This document shows positions 24,380 through 37,485 of a DNA stretch of 64,000 bases, piece by piece. The stretch's first letter is position 1. Each line of letters begins with the position of its first letter. The position numbers were made by a program, and so were the translations under genes. The DNA is from Epiperipatus broadwayi (taxonomy: Eukaryota; Animalia; Onychophora). The notes under the pieces are model-generated. The model did no database searches, was not told where the DNA came from, and saw only the letters and a program-made list of their open reading frames with translations. The stretch covers positions 8,866,001 to 8,930,000 of the forward strand of contig JAQFVV010000005.1 in the NCBI GenBank assembly GCA_028023455.1, written 5' to 3'.

Positions 24380-25380
24380 AAATAAAAGTTAAGGATGGAA
24401 AATGAAATATATTTGAGATTTGATGAAGTGGAGAAATGTATATTTAATAAAATTAATTACAAAGACATGAGAATTAAATTTTAAATGAAAAGCAAGAAGA
24501 GAATGGGATTGATTAAAAAACCTGTCATATTTTTTCTTATAATAAATAGCAGGATATTAAAATGATTTGAAATGGGGTGATAATAGCTGCTTTAACATTA
24601 GAAAACAAGGTGCTTTGTATCATCAGGGAACTCAGAAATTTTTAGTTAGAATTCAAAAAGAGATAGGTAGATAAACATAGAGTTCTGAATTGTGTATAAC
24701 AAATATTTTTTAAAGAGGGAAGTTCAAAATGTTTAGAAGGGTACAATCTAGGAATGAAAATAAATTAATATAAAGTATTCAATTGTGTTATATGAAAGGG
24801 CCAATGAATATGTTGGGCAAAAAAGTTTTTCAATACATAAAATTTATTTCAGTATATATAAGAAATGAAATGAATGACTAAAGAATGCACTTCAGGTATG
24901 TAATAAATAAGGAGAAGGAAAAAAAGATAAATTGGTTAGAGAAAAAGAAGTGATGAAAAAATGAATAAAAAATTAATTTGAAATTATCTTAAAACAAAAT
25001 GTATGCAAAATAAAAAGGATGTTACAGGGAATTTTTTATTGGAACTTTATATACCAGTAAAGACAATAATGAAATAATTTGTATTACATGTAATTTATGT
25101 AGAGACAGGAAAGTTTTAAGTATTTATTTTTGAAGTGTAGAACATTGAAAAATCAAGATAAATTGGAAAAAGAATGGCAGAAACTTAAAGATAAAAGGAT
25201 CACACACACACACACAAAAAAAGAAGGATTTTGCATGATTGACTTTTGCAATTAGAATTTTCTGGCTCTGTAATTGACTTTAAAACAAAAATGAGGGATA
25301 TGAAAAGAAGATTGTGGAATTAAAGAAATAACTTTATTTGGATATAAAAAGAGAGTTTTTGAGGGTGAAATATTTAACTT
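24380..25380 (+). pseudogene. Very degraded LINE 3' relic
   Basis: Purine-rich coding-like strand bias and an ICITCNLCRD Cys cluster (~25080-25105) resembling the CCHC region of the 18.7-19.6 kb fragment. Confidence 0.3.
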
Positions 25381-25822
25381 GGCTAACAAATTCTCTGGAC
25401 ACATTACTTATGTACAGAACCTTCAGAATTTCTCAAAGAAGCCATTTAATATTACATCATAAAAAAATTCTATATTAAATAGTAAAATTGTTTTAAAATT
25501 TATAATAAAAAAAACTATTATGTTGCATGTACGCTACTCTTTTTTATTCCTTTTGCTAATTTAGCATGTGATTAACTTTATGATTATGTTAAAAAGCCAA
25601 TTGAAGTAATAAACAATATTTTTATTTTATCTAATCATCAAAGTAATTTCCAATATTTATTTTCTAATATGTAATATTGGAGCTAATAAACTGATTTCCA
25701 GCCACTTACAGAACTAAAAAAATCAGATTGAAAAAATTAACCGTATAAACAATCCACTTGTCAGTTTAGAAACAAATTAGCCAATAATGAATTTTAGAAT
25801 GTGCAGAAAGGATGGATTATGG

Positions 25823-26169
25823 CAGGGGTCCCCAACCCTATGCCCGCGGGCACCATGGTGCCCGCCGCTATACGAACACGATAAAAAATTATTTATCTGA
25901 TACAAATAAATTTAATTTTTAAAATTTTATATAAATTATTGTATTATATTGTAATCAAATTGTAGGACATACTATACTTTTACAGTGTAAAAATATAAAC
26001 ATTAAATTATATGTTAAAATTTTATTTTTGAAATAAATCTTTTTTTGTACATTATGTGTATTATTAACAATATCCAACTATAAATTTACATTGAAAAAAT
26101 AAATGGTGCCCGCCACCTGGCTGGTATTATAGAATGTGCTCTTAAGTGCAAAAACGTTGGGGATCCCTG
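25823..26169. mobile_element. hAT (Charlie-like) MITE, 347 bp
   Basis: TIRs CAGGGGTCCCCAAC / GTTGGGGATCCCTG; 8-bp TSD GATTATGG/GATTATGT; subterminal ATGGTGCCCGCC at both ends. Confidence 0.9.
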
Positions 26170-26199
26170 GATTATGTGTTATGCAATTAGTAGGGTAAA

Positions 26200-26780
26200 G
26201 TCATCAATATTTGTAAATGAATTAGGAAGTATTATACTAATAATAATTAGTCAAGAAATAATACATTATTCTAGATATATAGAAGATATTTTAATAATTA
26301 ACAATAAAAGTGATATAATATTTATGACTTTAATAACATATATATATTACATTTACAAAAGTAAAATTTGAAGATAAATTTAAAAAAATAATTCCTATAA
26401 ACTCACAAAAAGCATGGATACAAAAGATGGCAGTTATTAAAATTTTTAAATATAATACAGATAAAAAATGTAGCTAATTTACAAAAGAAACAATTTATTG
26501 AATTATATAAAGATTAAATAATATTTCCATGCAAAATGATAATAGTAGCAATAGTTTAAATAAAAAATGAATCAAATTTATATATTATCCCAAAATTTAT
26601 AATACACTAATAAAAAACAAAAATTATATTGATAAACATAAATATTGGATTGTTAAATAATAAGTTTGAAAAATTAATACACACAATTATAAAATAAGAG
26701 ATGGTATGAAATATATATAAAAAAGGAATTCTATATAATATTGTGATAATTGTAATATGATTTACTTACTATTCTTGATT
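26200..26780 (+). pseudogene. Degraded Penelope-like RT/GIY-YIG relic
   Basis: YSRYIEDILIIN (RYVDD-like, ~26265-26300) and a GIL..I.CDNCNMIY GIY-YIG-like stretch (~26725-26765). Confidence 0.5.
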
Positions 26781-26879
26781 ATTTTTTAAATAATAATACA
26801 AAAATTAAGATGATGACTTTTAATAATATGTTTTATCTATTCATTTAGATATGGGCAAAGATATCCAGCTTAATGAGGT

Positions 26880-28320
26880 CAAAAATTTTTTTGTAATCTG
26901 CAAAGTGAAAAAGCTGCAGATCCTGATGAAATATCCAAAGTTTTAAAATACGATGTTGTATTAGCTTCAGAAATATTGGAATGTTTTAGGAATATATAGA
27001 CTCATGAAGTTATGTTATCTGATATTAAGGATGTTCCTATTCTTCCAATTTTTGAAAACAAAGAGAACAGACAAGATTGCAGTAACTACCATGGAATATC
27101 ATTATCCATTACAGTTAAAATACTTTCAAAAATTTTGTTGAATAGATTGCTTCCAGTTATAGACAAATAGTTAGCAAAGTTTTAATGTGGTTTTAAAATT
27201 GCAAGAAGCATTATAGATATGGTTTTTGTTTCCAGATAAATGCAAAATAAATATTGGGAATAAAGAAGTAATTTATATATTGCTTTTATTGATTTGGTCA
27301 AGATATTTGATTCTGTTATTAGGATAGGTGTACGACATATATTATAAAACATCTACATGATGGGCTGAGAGCAAGTGTTATTGCTACATGTGGAAAATCT
27401 GAAGCATTTGAAATGAAAACTGGTGTTAAACAAAGTTGTGTACTTGCTCCAACATTGTTTTCAATTTTTATGTTTTGAATTACTTAGGAATTGCCTAATC
27501 AGGCAGAAATCAAGAATAAAGGTTTGATGGAGAAATTTTTATTTAAATCAATTAAAAGCAAAAACAAGAACTTCATTTTCTTGGATTCTGGATATACAGT
27601 ATGACGATGATTGCCAGTTCAAAAGACAATTTAGAATTTTAATGTTGAAATAACTGAAGTTCTTTATCAACTAGTGATGGGTAAAAATCCTCAAAGTTAT
27701 AATTTGGATAGATATCAACTTGAGAATGTAAACCAGTTTAAATACCTTGGTAATTTTATAACTAGAAAGATGGACTTAGACATTGGAGTCCGGCACAGAC
27801 TTTAATGTACTGCTGTTTATAACAAGTTAAAAAATAGAAGCAGGGAAATAGCTATTGCCACTAAATTAATTATATATACAACTGTCATTTTACCCAATTA
27901 ACTGCAAGAAAGTAAAACTTGAAACACCCTATTGGTACAATATAAAAGCATTAGAAAAGTTTAATTTAAAAATGATGCATAAAAGTTTAAAAATACAAGA
28001 TCATAAAATCAATAAATATGTTTTTCAGCTTACTGGCTGTGATACTATTGAGTTCACTATTATAAAATTATACCCATGCTATATTGGACATATAAAATCA
28101 ATGAAAAGTGGAGTCCTAAAAATTTTTCATGGTGAACTTAAACATGGATTTTGTAGAAGAGGTAGAGCCCATCTATTATAAGCATTATCACAAAAACATT
28201 CTAAAGAAGTGTTATGTCAATTATTTCCATTGGAAAGGTATAGCAGAAAAAGGATTACATTGGAGAGCTATAATTAGACATGATATTGAAGTATTTCAAA
28301 ATAAAAGTTTCTGCTGATGA
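26880..28320 (+). mobile_element. RTE (BovB-like) LINE RT relic, 5'-truncated
   Basis: Ordered motifs KAADPD, LPIF..K..R.DCSNYHGISL, FIDLVK.FDSV, GVKQSCVLAPTLF, QYDDDC, LENVNQFKYLG, IGHIKSM...GELKHG..RRGR. Confidence 0.85.
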
Positions 28321-29103
28321 AACTAAAAGACAACATCATAAAATATCAAATAAAAAAATGGACTAGTTTGTTTTCTAAGTGGATGTATTTGTGGATTATA
28401 AATTAATTTGTATAATCATCACAAAACTCATTTTTAGAAAAGTTTTTTTATGTCTCTATTGTTGTTTTCTTTTGAAGATGGATTGGCCATACTCATTTAT
28501 GAATAAATGGTTTTTTTAAAAAAAAAAACATTCAAAACTGTAATCTCTACCAAAAAAAAAAAAACTGTAATCTCTAAATTTGATCAGTTAATCTGTATTG
28601 TAATATTTATAGATTGTAGGGATGGAGTTAATAAAGAACAATGATATTTAAAATAGAAGCAGGAAATGCCTTAGATTTAAAAATAGTAACCTAAAGAAAA
28701 GATTAAAAAATTAATAAATACAAATAAATCATTATTACAATTACTTAAATTAAAAATGATAAGATTACATGTGAATGGGAAAGTGTGTCAGCATTTACAT
28801 TATAGAATAATATTAAAGGATTATGACTAAAATAAAAATACACATATGTCATCATGAATATAAAGAGAATAGAGCGTAGAATAATTAATATCACATGATT
28901 TCTTACAAAAATTATAAAGATAAAGTAAATTATAGTAATATATATATTTGGCAAAGAATGTAAAATCTATGAAATTGAATATATCAGTTATATAAAATAG
29001 AAAAATGTACATTTCCTCAGAATTAAAAATGTATGACATCAGATATTGTTGAAATATTCAAGAAAAAAGCTCAAAAATTAGTCTTTAAACAATATTCAAA
29101 ATA

Positions 29104-29892
29104 TACAATGAATCTACCTATATTTTAGACCCAACCATATATGTATGGGCAAATCTGAAGTGTTTGAAAAGAAGAGCGTGAAGTTATTAATTGATCACTT
29201 TAAATTACTTTTTCACATCGTAAATGAATGACGCCAATGAAATTTCTAGAATTTACGATACGTCATTCCTATAATTAAACATATGTAAACAAGACATTTA
29301 TTTTTTATATAGCACGATGTTTTCTATAATCTATAATATTAATAAGCCAATAAGCTGATACACATGTGCTTTGCAGATGTCACAATATAAATGAATACTT
29401 CCACTTTTTCAAATCCAAGATAAAGTCTTTAAGAAAATATAGAATGAATCCATTTATATTGTGACATCTGCAAAGCACATGTGTATCAGATTATTGGCTT
29501 ATTAATATTATAGATTATAGAAAACATCGCGCTATATAAAAAATAAATGTCTTGTTTACATATGTTTAATTATAGGAATGACGTATCGTAAATTCTAGAA
29601 ATTTCATTGGCGTCATTCATTTATGATGTGAAAAAGTAATTTAAAGTGATCAATTAATAACTTCACGCTCTTCTTTTCAAACACTTCAGATTTGCCCATA
29701 CATATACGGTTGGGTCGAAAATATAGGTGGATTCATTCTATATTTTCTTAAAGACTTTATCTTGGGTTTGAAAAATGGGAGTATTCATTTATATTGTGAC
29801 ATCTGCAAAGCGCATGTGTATCAGCTTATTGGCTTATTAATATTATAGATTATAGAAAACATCACGCTATATAAAAAATAAATGTCTTGTTT
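29104..29892. repeat. Fold-back concatemer of a ~336-bp unit flanked by a 13-bp direct repeat (AATATTCAAAATA)
   Basis: Inverted arms 29098-29393 and 29451-29746 with about 6 mismatches; the spacer 29394-29450 recurs reverse-complemented at ~29730-29790; 29786-29893 directly repeats 29451-29558; direct repeats at 29091-29103 and 29893-29905. Confidence 0.92.
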
Positions 29893-32800
29893 AATATTCA
29901 AAATAGTAAATTGAAATCAAAAGCACTTCTAGTAAAAATAAAATATAAAATAGGCTGACAATATTAGAAACCTTTAGCCTGCATTTATTCCAGCTATTAA
30001 TAATACCATTGATCAACATGTTTAGCAGATAACATGGATTGAACATATGCAAATTTAGTAATTATGTAATGAGGTAATCTCAACTTCACAATACACATAT
30101 AATATTTTTGTTAATGCGTTAAGTTTCTAAAAACTGTATGAAACAGTAATGTTTGTAATAAATATACTTGACAGAATATTTTGGAAGAATGATTCATTAG
30201 GAAATATAGTATTTAATCTAAAGTGATCATTAAACTTAAGAGGATAAAGATATCCAAAGTAAAGAACTAAGCTATCAGAAATATATAAATGATTATAAAT
30301 TTAAAAAGAGGAATAATCCAGTGTTATGTACTAAATATTTTTCCCAAAGAAATTCCTAGTCATCATAAATGTCCAGAGATATAGAACAGATATATTTAGG
30401 AATCTTATTTGTATCATATTATTTTACTTTACTAGATCAGTAAAAATCTTTCAAAAGAAAGGATACTGTAATGAACAAGTTGGCTATTCAGGACAATAAA
30501 ATATTAATCATAAGAACATTATAGATTACTTGAATATCACAGGGTATTGTCAAACTCAACATATAATTATTCGTTTCTTTTATATTATATAATATGTTAA
30601 TAAACATTTTTTGTCTAAATGTTTATTTAATTAAAAAAATATTAACTATAACAATAATTAATTTTTATTAATGATTTACATATAATCATGTGAAAGGAAA
30701 CCAAAACATTTAGACACGCTCTATTGGTATGATTACATATAACAATAACTGCATAATCCATGTACTTAAAAGAGCCAATGAGATTGGCTAGATTGTGTAA
30801 TTTTTCCGGGTTGCTTTGCTTTTATGTGATTTCTGAAAACTATAGAACCTATCCCCCATTTTTCAAGGTAAGTTAAGTATTTTTGTGCGATTTCTTTTGT
30901 GCACGTTTTCTGAGAAACCTATCTACCGCATAAAATGAGACCCAGGTATAATTATTGAAGAGAGAGTTAAAAAACTTGTTTACATTTTTTTATAGTTTTC
31001 TTTTTCTTCTACAATCATTTATAACTTATTAAAATATTCCCATATTATAATCATATTACTATTTAACAAATTTAATGTTTGAGAAATTTCATACTATCAC
31101 TTTGGGTCTTAATATATTTAGTTAATTGAAGAGCCATTATTATTAGTAGTATTATAAAAAAACATGCACAAGAAAATTAAATATTATTTTCCTCATTAAT
31201 TAATTAAATAACCTGAGGAATATGCTGCCATTTTTCTAATTATTTTTAATACAGGTATGTAATCAATTGGTTGCAATATATATAAATAACTTCAGTTTAA
31301 GTTTTTTTATCTTGCAGCAATTCCTTTTGTATCTTCATGCTGTCATATATATATAAAAAGTTCAATAGACATTTTAATTCTTGAATGTTACCAAATTATT
31401 TTCCTTTGTTAATATTACAATATGAGTAGATTTTGCAGTCTTAAATTCAATGGGGGTCAGTATAGCATTTTATTGTTAATGATTCTGTTTAAATCATAGA
31501 CATCAAATGGAAGGAACCCCTGTTTCTTCCCTTTCAAGATTTTCTACTCACAATACATTTTCTTTATTGCAAGTTCAGAATCTGTTTATAGAATAAGGTA
31601 TGATTAAAATACAAACCTTTAAAGGAAAGAATGTATGTACATGTTCTTTCTGAAAATTATTTCTATCTCTATAGTAACATAAACAATGCAGTCTACATTT
31701 GTAAACATCAATTTTGGACATATAATTTATTTCTTCCAATTTTAATAAAGTATTATCATCTTATATAAAAAAGTATTTTTTTTTTAAATTTAATAAATAA
31801 ATGATTCATTAATTCCAGATTTATTCAACACAAAATAAATAAACTTTTATTAAATATTTGACCTCAAATTGTTTTTATTTAATAACTTATAAACTATAGA
31901 AAAATAAATGAAGATATGTGCATACCACTGTATATATATTCTAATCTCAAGTCTAGAAAAGTCGATTGAAAATAATACTGGAAACGAATAAGGAATGCTG
32001 GTGTGTTTACCTAATAATAGTACTAAAAGACTATGTATACCCGGGCACCAAATTGTAACTATTAAATTGTAATGCCCACCAGAGATCATTATCCATGCTT
32101 ATTACTATAGGATACAATGAAGAAAGTAATTAAAATGTCTTCATAAAAAATATAATATTGATACATCCAATTTAATTTATTATGGTCTTAATTGTGAACT
32201 TAATAACAATTATGTAAATACTCTCATGATAAGTTATTACTACTAACAAAATAATATAGACAACTTTCGTCCACAACTTTATATAGATATATGATCTCTA
32301 ATGGTAATTTTCTCTTAATTTTATTTTATTTTGTATCATTTGTTTGCCAAAATTAACTAGTACTTTTTAAATCTATGACATTTCATGAGTCGGGTATCTT
32401 CTTGATCCACATGAAATGATCATTCCCCCCCAACAAAATCTTTCTTGGTTGATATTTTATAAAGATAAATTATGGAAATCAACAAATATAAGACAATTCA
32501 TAAATTTAAATGTGATCTAGTATTAACACATTGTATTCATACCACATTTATAAAATTGGTTATGGTAGTATATAGAATATACCTTTTATAAGGCGGTGTA
32601 AGGTTCTAGATATCCAAAATATTAAAACACAAGACACATGTAAATTTATAACAATAACAAATGTTTATTATACTTAAATAAGAAAAGAAACACACATATG
32701 TAGTATCACAACAATCTCAAATATTATATCTATTATAAAAATAAAAATTTAATTTCTTTCCGAATGAAATTCACATTACCTGCGTTTTCAGGTTAGCACG

Positions 32801-35800
32801 AAATCATTCTAATAAGGTATACTATTTTAAGCACTATAAAATAATAATAATAAATATATATACTTTCATATCATTTAAATTTCAAAATTAAAATTTAATT
32901 ATTGTTTTGACCCATAGTTCAACTTAAATGTTAATGCACTTAAGCACAGAATTAGAATTTTGCATTTAAATATAAATATATTATCGCATCACTTTAACCA
33001 ACAGCCTATTCAATTTCTTGGCCCACTTCACTGCAATAACTATAAATTTAACTATTCCAACAAGCAATAAGATATTTTATTTTATATGTAAAGATAATAT
33101 TATATCCAAATTTTCTGACCATTCATTAATTGTAAGTAATTGCTTGAAATAAAAAACAAACAATAGTTTTATTTCCATGCATACTAAATATTCATTGGTA
33201 CCCCCCCCCCCCCGGTAATCCTGATCATTATGTTACCAGTCTAGTGATGGTATTCATCTGGATAGGCTAGTATGTGGCCACAGCTTGACGATGTTTAATT
33301 TTTACCTTCCATAAATTTTGACTACAGATCGGCCAGTGTATAAATTAAAACAACTCTCTGTCATCTCCCACATCAATATCTCATCTGGTTATAACCCTAA
33401 CCCTGCCATAGCAACTTTTATACTACCTTGCCAAAACCATCCATACCTTCTCTATCACTATGCAGCACTTCACAATGCACACATTAGTGTGTGCCTTTGT
33501 AAGGGAAATTAAACAAATTATTCCTAACTTTCAAATGTTAGCACAAACCAGGGAACTGCCTTCTTCCTGAGGCTAAACATTATGTGAGGAACTAGTCTCT
33601 GCACATTTATTTTTAAAAGGCATGCAAAACATTTTATCATAATTACATAAATAATTCCCTACTTAGATGAAAAGTACAAATGGAGCTGAGATCAAGTCCT
33701 CGATCTCCCAATACCTGCATACATAGTAATTAAAGGATGAGATAGCTATTCTCTATCTATCCCTTTGAGGTGGTATGATAACTCTACCTCAGCAATAATT
33801 GACATTTACAGCTTCACACATACACCCAGGGTTATCATAGTATTGATGCAAGGTGAGAAGTTTAACCGACCATGAACACTCATCCAAAATTTATGATCAA
33901 AACAGATTGCATCTATTTGTCAAGGCACAGTGACTATTCAAACAAAATTCATAAATCTAGCAATAGGCATATAATGTTGATTTGAAAATTTTATCATATG
34001 ACAAATATATAAGCTTTCTCACTTTTATTATACATTAACAAATTTTTTTTTTAAAAAAAACTTCAATAGTTTCTTATGGGGTCAAAATCTTTTTTTTTTT
34101 TTTACTATGAATGTTAACTATCTACTAAACATAACAACAAATATATAAATAAAAGGCAAAATAAATAAAATATTACACATTATCTCTTTGGATTTCTTTG
34201 GAACTAAATTTGAATATTTTGCAAGGTTAATACCAATTTAACAAAAAAATACTCGCGTATTGTACATAAATGTTATTTACCATTTTTGCTCCACGACCAT
34301 CGCAAACACATTAGATTTATCTCACTTTAGCGATTATGGGAGTACATAAAAATATTTCATCCAGGATGTAGCTACATTAATAATAGGTATTATCATATTT
34401 AATCACAATAATTCAAAACTTGAAAAATAGTCCTGCAGATTACTTTCGTTTTTTGTTTTTTTTTACACTTTTGTTCCCAGGTTCGAATCCAGATGCTTGG
34501 TTTATCACATTTAGTCCATAACTTTATTTTCCACGCTTCATTTTCTGAGTTTTTCCTTTTAAGAGAAGATTTTATACAAAACTAGTGTTATAGATGCTAT
34601 ATTTCCACATATTTTTAGGTTTGATTTCATAATTAATGAAGAAGAATTGCTAATTTATTTTCAGCAATTATTTTCTGTACATTTGACAAGTGTCACTTGC
34701 ATATTCGAGTGATTCAAATAAACTATATTAGCACATTAATTCTTACTGGTGTCACAATCAAAATAATAATAATAATGAGAATTTTGAATACATCTACAAT
34801 TAATAGTATTAAATTCCAGTTATTCCTTGAAGTTTTAATTAAGCCACAGATAAAATACATAGTATTAAATGTTTGTTCCTGAGATATCTTCTTTAAACAA
34901 AATTTTAAAAGCCAAATACAAAGATTGAAGTATAATGTACTAAACTTTTTGCTGCGAATTAATTTTGCCATCATTGATTTTAAAGGAGAAACTGGTACAC
35001 CCATTTATATTTTCTTTTTAGCCCTTCATATCAAATTCTAACTATACTTCTTAGTTTTTCCAATTGTTATCAGAGGCAATGATCAGAGTTTAGAATTATC
35101 AGCAGCAGCCCTTAACGGTTCATCTTCACTAGCTTTTATAAAAAAAAAGCCACCTGCAAATTTTGCTTTATCTTTTTTTTTATCCACTGACTCTTTTTGG
35201 CATACCTCAGACAACCTTTGACAACATTTATTAAATGTTGGTTTTGGTTTATTGACTTCAACTCACATTATGTTTATCTTATCTTTTTCTACTCTTATCT
35301 TGACACATTTTTCCGCTTTGATCTACGAGAAATATTCAACTAAGAAAAAAAATTCAATAGTCGGTATTTTATAGACTGATTTTTAATAAATAATTTTTTT
35401 TTTAAACTTAAAATCAAATTTAGAACTGAAAACAATAACCAATTCCTGTAAAACCCATACAAAATAAATTCTTTTTTTTTACATTATATTATCAAATAAT
35501 ATTGCATAAATTTCCATGATCAAAAAAAATCTATATATAGATCATACACACACCCATATTTATAATACTAAATAGTGATCCACTTATTCAAATTCTTAGT
35601 ACAAAATATACTTCATAATTTCCTGAAAATTTAAACCTATTCTCCTGTAAAGAACTGTCAAACAAATACTATCTATGACAAGTTCAATTTTTACTCGTAA
35701 TATTTTTATTTATAAATATCACGATTAACAAGACCTTTCTGTTTAGATTTATATAAATCAACATTTTAAGATATTACAATGCATGCAATAGTCAATCCCC

Positions 35801-35937
35801 CTTCTCTCTACATAATAATACACTATAATTTTAAATAAAATGCAAACATACTTTTATCTATACATTAAATTCAAGCCACGTGGTCATTGGTCTCTTTAAA
35901 TAACGCTTTTAATTTTTCTTGAACTTAAAAAAAAAAT

Positions 35938-36010
35938 TATTCAGATATAGTTGTCTACTAATCCAGTAGGATTAGTAGGCAACGAATTAGTAGGCAACTA
36001 TATCCGAATA
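35938..36010. repeat. Tiny palindromic MITE-like element
   Basis: TATTCAGATATAGTTGTCTACTAAT pairs with ATTAGTAGGCAACTATATCCGAATA; internal duplication of ATTAGTAGGCAAC. Confidence 0.75.
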
Positions 36011-36068
36011 AAAAATTTATTTCCCAATCAGTTTCTTTACGAAAGAAACTAAGGGTTACAATATATAT

Positions 36069-36343
36069 ATATCTAAACCATTATACAATTACAAATATCC
36101 AGTAACGCCCTCTGTTTAAAAGTCTATATCTCAATAATAGCGAACTTCAAAATGATACGACTTTGTATCTTCGTTTGCTTATTTAAAATTTCATGCTGTG
36201 TTTGAGTTAGTTTGTATTTCAATATTTAATATCATCTAGCGTACAACTTCAAAGTGATATTTTGAAGTTCACTATTATTGAGATACAGACTTTTAAACAG
36301 AGGGTGTTACTGGATATTTGTAATTCTATAATGGTTTAGATAT
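36069..36343. mobile_element. MITE with ~85-bp terminal inverted repeats
   Basis: 36069-36153 is the reverse complement of 36259-36343; mismatches include CpG versus TpG/CpA. Confidence 0.85.
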
Positions 36344-36904
36344 TTGTACGATTATTTCAGTTAGTGTTAACGGTAACTTTATTTTCATATATATATAAAA
36401 TTAGAAAATACCAGTTAGTGAATATATCTTTACTTTTCTTGTTCAATTTTACTAAATTGGTTAGACAAGTTGTTAAAATGATTAAGTAACCAATATCAGT
36501 CATTTATTTAAAGAAAGTCAATAAATCTTTAATTGGAGACAGTACATCATGAAGAAAGAACTGAGTATGCAGACTCAAATACTAAGATTAATTCTTATTT
36601 TTCTAGAAGACATCATTTTGAACATAATAATAATCATATAAGATGGTAATAGTACATAATGTTCTGTATATTTAATAATTTTTCAGATATCAGGTTTCAA
36701 GTTGCAGTGAGAGAGATATTTCTCAGACTGATTGCCCTCTCCTATAACACCATTCTAATATTCTGTACTTACAACTACATGGTTACTTTAATAAGCTTTG
36801 ATATTTTCTGCTCCTTTGTTAAATTAATAGAAGGCTCTGACTTCAGTGAAGTATATCATACCATTGACACCTTCTTTGACACTTTATCAATACTTTTATT
36901 TTTA

Positions 36905-36965
36905 TTATTTGTATTACACTAACAGTTTCGACTGTCCTGCAGTCATCATCAGAGCTACAATATTC
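36905..36965 (-). ncRNA. Hammerhead ribozyme core (type I-like) downstream of the Penelope-like ORF
   Basis: Minus strand CUGAUGA-U-GACUG-CAGGA-CAGUC-GAAAC: intact catalytic boxes and a 5-bp stem II; stems I and III are imperfect. Confidence 0.7.
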
Positions 36966-37485
36966 AAATATATAATTATACAATTATTACCCTTATCCAT
37001 ATATATATACATAATTAATACACAATATAAACAAAAATAATAATACATTTTAATATGATCTTTATAAATAATCATTTCCCATTTTATTATCTTATCTTCT
37101 AAATAATTTTATCAATATTTTATATTAATTTATTTTATATCACTTTATTTCATTTTTTAAATATTATTTAATATAATAATTATAACTTTATCATTTATTT
37201 TACTATTTAATGCATATTATTATCATTTTCTTATATTATAAAATCAACTTCTAATCTTGTCTTATTTTTATTAAATATTTCTATCAAGTAACTTTACCCA
37301 CATTGCAAATTATTATTATTATTATTTTATTACAAAAATTACTTACTTCTTGTTGATTCTATTACCAAAACCCAACTGACAAAAAAATTCAAATTTTGTA
37401 TTTGTTTAACCTCCCTCTATTGTCATTTTCTTTAACTATTTTCTTTTAACCTTTTCAAATTCTAATTATTACTAACAATTTTTTA

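Noticed and set aside
29104-29892. Hammerhead within the 336-bp unit (CAGATTT-GCCCA...TGGGT-CGAAA; CTGAAGT...GAAA)
   Set aside because: The CUGAnGA box is mismatched at essential positions or stem II is missing, so it cannot be called a ribozyme.
30700-30950. CCAAT boxes plus an AAG/GTAAGT donor as a promoter and first exon
   Set aside because: The adjacent repeated AACCTATC subterminal motifs suggest a DNA-transposon fragment, and there is no linked ORF.
33388-33402. TAACCCTAACCC telomere-like motif
   Set aside because: Only two units; expected by chance or within a repeat.
34470-34500. Isolated B-box GGTTCGAATCC as a tRNA gene
   Set aside because: No A-box, acceptor stem or cloverleaf can be seen; at most a SINE remnant.
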